DNA of 64,000 bases from Octopus vulgaris (taxonomy: Eukaryota), in assembly GCA_951406725.2 (NCBI GenBank), contig OX597817.1:44144001-44208000 (forward strand), in the 5' to 3' direction. Made by a program: the position numbers and the translations under genes. The first letter of the stretch is position 1. Each line of letters begins with the position of its first letter. Under the pieces are notes generated by a model. The model ran no database searches. It had not been told where the DNA came from and saw only the letters and a list, made by a program, of their open reading frames with translations. This document shows positions 56,757 through 64,000 of this stretch, in pieces.

Positions 56757-57144
56757 GGTGAGCTGGCAGAATCGTTAGCACGCCGGGCGAAATGCGTAGC
56801 CGTATTTCGTCTGCCGTTACGTTCTGAGTTCAAATTCCGCCTAGGTCGACTTTGCCTTTCATTCTTTCGGATAAATTAAGTACCAGTTACGCACCGGGGT
56901 CGATGTAATCGACTTAATCCGTTTGTCTCTCCTTGTTTGTCTCCTTCTGGGTAGTAAAGAAATAGGTATTTTGTCTACTGCTACGTTCTGAGTTCAGATT
57001 CCGCCGAGGTCGACTTTGCCTTTCATCCTTCCGGGCTCGATAAATTAAGTACCAGTTACGCACTGGGTCGATGTAATCGACTTAATCCGTTTGTCTGTCC
57101 TTGTTTGTCCCCTCTGTGTGTAGCCCCTTGGCAGTAAAGAAATA
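56757..57144 (+). mobile_element. SINE family A, dimeric form
   Basis: One head and two bodies joined at AGTAAAGAAATAG-GTATTT; TSD AGAAAGTAAMTTCAGC (56741-56756 / 57145-57160). Confidence 0.9.
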
Positions 57145-57233
57145 AGAAAGTAACTTCAGCTTATCTCATGCAATTTTAGATCCCCATACCCTCAAAACAT
57201 ACATTTATCACATTTTATTCGTGCTTATGTTCC

Positions 57234-57284
<51 letters not shown>

Positions 57285-57719
57285 GGTAGTATTAGTAATT
57301 GTGGTGTTGGTGATGGTAGCAGTAGTAGTAATTGTAGTGATGATGGTAGTCGTAGTATTGTTAGTATTGTGTTCCTGTAGTAATAGTAATAGTAACTGTA
57401 GTGTGATGGTAGCTGTAGTAGCGTTAGTAGTAATAGTGATGAGGGTAGTAGTAGTAGTAGTAGTTATAGCGTGTGAAACCAGGCTGAGGCTAACTCCTGG
57501 GCCTGTGGCAGGGTGGGTGGGGGTGAATACGAAATCGATTTCGGATTACCGGAAGCTAACATGAAAATGGATGGTATTGAAGATTTTGCACCGGAACACC
57601 GATGACTTCAACGAACTCAAACAGCGTAGCTCCACATGAACACTGGGTTTGGAATAGTTTGACTCCATTGCCACGTTTGTGAAGATGTGTGATTTTGATG
57701 TGAAGTTATTTATTGAAAT

Positions 57720-57943
57720 AACACACACACACACACATATAGAGGTTACAAATTTGGGCACAGCAGTTTTTGAGAGGAGGGCAAGTCGATTACTTCGACT
57801 CCAGTATTTGACTGGTAGTTATTTTAACCACCACGAAAGGATTAACGGCAAAGTCGACCTCGACAGAATTTGAGCTCATAAAGTAAAGACAGACGAAATG
57901 CCGCTAAGCATTTTGTTTAGAGTACTAACTGTTCTGTTAGCTC

Positions 57944-57946
<3 letters not shown>
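57720..57946 (-). mobile_element. SINE family A-like, old copy
   Basis: Reverse complement of the family A centre (GGCAAAGTCGACCTCGACAGAATTTGAGCTCA). Confidence 0.8.
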
Positions 57947-58012
<66 letters not shown>

Positions 58013-58019
<7 letters not shown>

Positions 58020-58555
58020 TAACAGAATGAGATAAAAATCCAAGGCTGTGAAAGATTTCAGAATATTTATAAAGAGAAGGTCTTACAGCAGTTTCCGGGA
58101 TATTTTATATATCTCTTCATCAGAGACGGTGTGAGAAAATGGTTAAGCAATAGTTATTCTTGAGAAGATATGAAATAGAGAGTCTGTCCATAGCACTTGC
58201 TCCGCATTACCTGACACCTTTGGGTCTTCTTGACACCATTACCTCTCATAACCTCCACTTTAATCACAACCCTGGATTCAATAACACTGTGTATAAACTC
58301 CACACTTGGAATGACTAATTTTAAATTCTATTGGATTTTACTCATAAGGTATTGGAATATTATATGTATACCATTCTGCCTTAAAAAATGGATCTACAAA
58401 TGCAATATCCCTACATATCTCACATTCATTTTCTTATATTTCCTCCACCTCACTCTCTATTTTATATCTTATCTAAATTAACTATTTCTTAACCATCCTC
58501 TCATATCTACACAGCCTTGGTTTTTTTGTCTCATTACGAAATAATTTATATATAT
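58013..58555. mobile_element. Penelope-like inverted-repeat element with hammerhead motif at 58080-58127 (-)
   Basis: Arms share ATGAGA.AAAAA.CCAAGGCTGTG and ATGGTTAAG.AATAGTT in inverted orientation. Minus strand GUCU-CUGAUGA-A-GAGAUAU..AUAUCCC-G-GAAAC-UGCU-GUA-AGAC. Confidence 0.65.
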
Positions 58556-59319
58556 ATATGAAATTGGAGCATCTCGAAACCCTTAACATCTCTAAACCGA
58601 TGCAATTGCTTGGTCAAACCAGCTCACAAAAGACGATATCGTTGTTGCTGTTTGGTGGACACTAACTAGCCTCTACGGCAAGCCTCCCAGGAAATACAGT
58701 CTTCAGAACCGACACTTATTCCGTAACAATAACTCACCCATCTTTTCCTCTTCTCCTTCCCACCGTAACTAATCTTATCATATAAATCATATAACCAAGC
58801 TTTGAATGTCCACTATTCATTTACTTCACAACTTGCATAAACCCAAACATTTCGATCATCCCATTGCTTCGTCCTGTATTTGCTTCACTGAACTCGCCAG
58901 TCGCCGTAATAAACGCAAGTCACCCATGTTATGAGAACATTAATAATTTCCGTAACCATCACTATTTCTTTTCCTTCCTTTATGACCTTTACACCATGGA
59001 CATGAGTTTATATACCCTCATACCTTAACTCTTAGTTCATACACTATAAATTTTGCATCGGACTATTAATCCTTAAACATTTCATAACTTCGACTCTAAC
59101 CTACCTACTTCCACCACACCACCATCCTGTGCCTAATTCCCTTTCCGACCTCACCTTTACCTCCTCTCACCGTACTCACGTTAAAATAGCCGGATTTCCC
59201 TTTCAAGACGAAAAAAAATGAGCAAATTCTTTATTGCAGGGGTTACACTGATCCAATATTCAACCCTACACGCTGCCAACCTGAGTCCACTGTTTTAGCA
59301 CACTTACCTCAACATACAC

Positions 59320-59650
59320 ACTTCTGAAGATAGGATTCCTTTTTTATTCATCAGTTCTGCCGCTTCGACGAATTATCTTCTCCAACTTTTACTTCAATGT
59401 TCTATGACCATGAAGCTGCTTCAACAGACCCTTCTCTTCTCCTATGGTGACAACATTTTGGGATTCCTCTTGGTCAGAAAATCTCTTTCTATTGTAACTT
59501 ACGCCCAGAAACTTAAAAATGTTCCTAGCTTGTCCCTTCATCTCCACTGGTACATTAATAAAATATCCCTATACTCCAATCCAAATGGCTGACCCTCTAT
59601 CCTACCCTGCACGTACGTCTGTCAACCACATGTAAACTCTGCAAATCTCT
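59320..59650 (+). pseudogene. Possible decayed Penelope-like ORF (region between RT and GIY-YIG)
   Basis: Frameshifted fragments EDRIPF, LPLRRIIFSNF, LLFSYGDNILGFLLVRKSL and TCKLCK appear in PLE-like order. Confidence 0.4.
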
Positions 59651-61357
59651 TGATCTGTGAGCATCTTCTCGACATTTGCAATAACACCGAAAGCCGTGGT
59701 TTGATATTTCATTTCATTGTGACACTTCATGAACCATCCCTCGGTTGGTGAATCACTTTACACAATGAGTTGCTTTACGACTGCAACTGCAGAAACAAAA
59801 CAAAACTCACCTTTACTCTAGGAATTTCAGCCATAGGCACCGATGAATGCCTCTTACTCTCCTTGTCAACTTATCTTTCTGTAACGGGTTTGCGGTTTGG
59901 CATTCCCCTTTAGTGTATTTTTGTTTTATTCTCCTGACCATAAGTTCCTCTCTTCTCCGTGTTTCAGATTTGTCTGATATTATAACTTTCTTGTTGAACA
60001 TCTTGTTTTCCTTTATTTCCTACCACTTTAGATTATCAAATTTGTCAGCAGTCTTTTATCAATTATTTCCCTATTCTGACTGCTGTCTAACGCATTTCAG
60101 CAATAAGCCCTCTTCTTATACTTCACTAATTTTTAATATCTCATTAATGCCCGTCTGTTCATTTTGGGCCCATCAGGAAACATCACTTTCATACGAAATG
60201 TATACCCCAAATGTTAGAATTGTCCTCTTCCGCTGCTTACATTCCCTAAATACTGACGCGGACCAACATTAGTCTCCACAGTACCACTGGTTACTCAAAT
60301 ATCAAAATATCATAGGTTTTCCACTTCATACATCTTAGTTTCAAACCATATCTCTCCATCAAAGCTAATGCAACTTATCTCTCTAATCCTTATACTAAAG
60401 ATTATTCGTTTTGAAGTGTAGAATGTACCGAAACAAATTTATATCGTTATTTCCCTGGAGGATTTATCTAAGGAGAAGTGGGAGGTCAATAAATTAAGCA
60501 TTAAGCTTATATTGCAGTCGATTCAACAGGCTATGTTCCCGTCTTTATAAAACTGTTTCATGACTAGTTCAAAGAAATCAATATTTAAGTACACTTTAGG
60601 ACAAGCACCTTAGAAGAAGGAGTACACGCCAATCACACAAGCGTTGCCATGCACTTTCAAACCTTAGTTGAACATTTACGCTATTAATACCACTCGAAGA
60701 GGTATGAATGTTATAGTTTCCTATTTCTTCATAGCTTAAAATACGCCTGTCTAAAAGAACCAGTCATTCCGAACGATGTAAGTATTTGCAAACACAAAAG
60801 TGATGTACGAAACATTTTCTTTTTTAGGTTCAGAGTTCAAATACAACTTGAATAAGCGTTGCCTTTCATATGTAAAGGTTTTGTTAAGATATGTATTAGT
60901 AACATACTGAGAGAAAGTCAATTAACTACACCTCTTCCTAGCAAATTTTGACGTTCTGCTTCAACTCTCTATGCTATCAAAATCACTTTCAAAGAAGAAT
61001 GATAAAAAATTGTAAAGACAAAATACCTAACATACCTAATTCCTAAATATGAGACTGTGAGTTTGTATCTGATAGCAGGACTTGCTTTTAGTCTGTGGGT
61101 AAACTGTTACATTCAAATTGAATGAAACAAAAATTCATGCTAAACTCAAACAAAATCGAGTACATGCTGTGTAGGTCTTTTCGAATTTATGACTAATAGA
61201 AAATCAGATTGCCAGTTGTCGGGTTTACAGTTCATATCCTTAGGTGACCTAGGATCTATTCACGATTAAAATAGTTTGACTTTCTCTATTGTAGCACATG
61301 TAAATATAAATGGTTACCATATATTGTTACTATTCTTCGTCATAGACGCTGTATATA

Positions 61358-61498
61358 TTAGGTTGTCTTAAAAATTTGTAAACACTTGCGAAAATTGAAT
61401 TTTTACTCGCCAAGTACTAACAAAAACAAAAAAAATTATCCCTCAAAATAAAGACCATTATTTTCCAAGACTTTCTACGAACTTTTGGGACAACCTTA
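61358..61498. mobile_element. Small mariner-type MITE inserted at the TA tail/TSD junction of a SINE
   Basis: Degenerate TIRs TTAGGTTGTCTTAAAAATTTGTA and TAAGGTTGTCCCAAAAGTTCGTA; TA flanks. Confidence 0.7.
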
Positions 61499-61730
61499 TA
61501 TTTCTTTACTGCCCACAAGGCGCTAAACATAGAGGGGACGAACAAGGACAGACAAAGGGATTAAGTCAATTACATCGTCCCCAGTGCGAAACTGGTACTT
61601 TATTTATCGCCCCCGAAAGGATGAAAGGCAAAGTCGACCTAGGCGGAATTTGAACTCAGAACATAACGACAGACGAAATACTGCTAAGCATTTCGCCCGG
61701 CGCGCTAACGTTTCTGCCAGCTCGCCGCCT
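61499..61730 (-). mobile_element. SINE family A, full length
   Basis: Reverse complement of 4822-5052; 23-bp TSD TTCTTCGTCRTAGACGCTGTATA (61333-61355 / 61731-61753). Confidence 0.92.
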
Positions 61731-62585
61731 TTCTTCGTCGTAGACGCTGTATAGGTTATCAAATATTTTGGTAGCGTGTTGTTTGAAGCTTAAATTAAGC
61801 AGATATTAGTAAAACTTACCCCTGTCAATCAAATATGAAGTCAACAGTGTTGTGGAGAATTCAATCTCCCGAAGCCACCTTCAGCAATATAAACATGAAT
61901 ATATTTGATAAATAAACAACGAATAAATCTATATATGTTTATGCGTGTTTATTGAAATTAAAATAAGCAGATACAATATCAATTGACAGCAGAAATTTCA
62001 GTCAGGTACAGTTTTTCTCTCATTAGATCTTATAGTTAAGTCTTCTAACACCTGTAACTATAAATGGATTCGTCTTGTTATCAAGAAGATTAATCAAAAT
62101 AAATGAATGCAAAAGAGGAAACAGCCAAGTCTATTATAACAGGAAACGATAGGAGTTATTGGACACAAAGAAATAACGAATGACGATGAATCAATTCTGC
62201 TGAGTGCATTTCAAACTATGAACATACAATATATTTTCATGGTGAATTTTATTACGCCTGTCAGTCCCTGCTTACTCGCCTTCACTACGCATGTCCACTT
62301 CTTCTAGTCATATCAATTACTTGTCAATGTTCAACGTGTCCTCATTTCATTTGAAGTTGATAACCTTTTATCGGCTGAATCTAGATATCGAGAACATTGT
62401 TATACTAATCAGTTGTATACTAATTGTTTTCACTGAATTAGATAGTGACTTGTAGTCACTTTACAAATTTTACACACACACACACTCTTATATGCTGAGC
62501 ATCCGCTTGCATGTGCGTATGTGACTTCATAAAAATACGAATCTTTAACACAGTGAGGCTGAATATATATTCATTGTACATTAGG

Positions 62586-63002
62586 AAGGCGGCGAGCTGG
62601 TAGAAACGTTAGCGCGCCGGGCGAAATGCTTAGCAGTATTTCGTCTACCGTTATGTTCTGAGTTCAAATTCCACCGAGGTCGACTTTGCCTTTCATCCTT
62701 TCGGGGTCGATAAATTAAGTACCAGTTACGCACTGGGGTCGATATAATCGATTTAATCCGCTTGTCTGTCCTTGTTTGTTCCCTCTGTGTTTAGCCCCTT
62801 CTGGGTAGTAAAGAAATAGGTATTTCATCTGCCGTTACGTTCTGAGTTCAAGTTCCGCCGAGGTCGACTTTACCTTTCATCCTTTCGGGGTCGATAAATT
62901 AAGTACCAGTTACGCACTGGGGTCGATATAATCGATTTAATCCGTTTGTCTGTCCTTGTTTGTCCCCTCTGTGTTTAGCCCCTTGTGGGTAGTAAAGAAA
63001 TA
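62586..63002 (+). mobile_element. SINE family A, dimeric form
   Basis: Head plus two ~184-bp bodies; TSD ATATATATTCATTGTACAT (62563-62581 / 63004-63022). Confidence 0.92.
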
Positions 63003-63389
63003 TATATATATTCATTGTACATAAGTGTCTAAACTGATTCACAGTTTATATATACACATGATTTCTCTGTGCTTTAGTTATATATATGACTATAACTTTA
63101 GTTATATACAAATTGCAAGTATACACATAATTAAAATCGATGACTGTTACTCATCTTTTAGAATGTTTTAGCATCTCTATAGCATTATATTGTAACTCTA
63201 AGTTTCTTTACGACTGACACAAGCAGATAGACGTAGACACACTTGATGAGAGGGCAGTAACCAGTCGAAACTAGTCGAGCTGTTGTTCAGTTTATTCTGC
63301 TAAAAGACCCTCGTGGATTCACCAGAGTTTACCTGTTTGTTAGATGGGTTGTGAACATATTCGCAACACACACGTTTATATGCACGCAT

Positions 63390-63428
<39 letters not shown>

Positions 63429-63546
63429 TACATACATACATAAGTATATACATGTGTGTGATGTGGTGTAACTTTAGGTGGTCTAATGAGATGGTATGCT
63501 GCAATTTAAATAGTTAATTATTCTGTCGTTTTCCATACATATATAC

Positions 63547-63581
<35 letters not shown>

Positions 63582-64000
63582 GAGAGAGAAAGAAAGAAAC
63601 AGACAGATAGAGAGTGGCTTAATAGAGAGAAGGTATTTCCTAGGTTGAATTATGTGATCAACTCTTAAGAAAAACTCTTCATGGACACTTAATATACCCG
63701 GATTCGTTCTTGCACACGAACCGTACAACCGGACGGAAGTCTGTGTGGAACAGCAATCCTGATTATATAATCTGCTTGTCTCTCTCTCCCTATCTTTCCT
63801 TTCCCACTCTTTCTCTGTCCATGTATATATGTATTATGTATTTATATATATATATATACATACATACATATATATTTATATATATGTATATATATATATT
63901 GTGGCTATTCGTCTGTGAAGATCACGTTGATCTCACTCTGTGGTGGTCTCTTAGTAGTTTATTATGTTTCCGGAAGGCTCTTTTTGGCTACTGGTTGACT

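Overview
This is AT-rich, microsatellite-saturated eukaryotic DNA. The SINE families and simple-repeat load point to a coleoid cephalopod, probably Octopus (inference). Almost all ORFs in the supplied track are translations of microsatellites, and I recognise no host gene. The window is largely transposon-derived: several tRNA-derived SINE families, a 5'-truncated CR1-group LINE, an internally deleted mariner and a decayed mariner, Tigger-, hAT-, piggyBac- and Merlin-like MITEs, a non-autonomous Helitron, and Penelope-like fragments. Four things stand out: (1) about eight minimal type-I hammerhead-ribozyme-like motifs from several unrelated sequence families, some inside inverted repeats; (2) a SINE and a LINE sharing a 3' stem-loop with compensatory substitutions; (3) a 35-bp near-perfect hairpin inside a candidate minus-strand exon; (4) a chain of candidate minus-strand exons with a TATA/CpG promoter-like region, two of which would splice into a 65-aa peptide-precursor-like ORF. 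Coordinates were counted by hand, and the boundaries of decayed elements are approximate.
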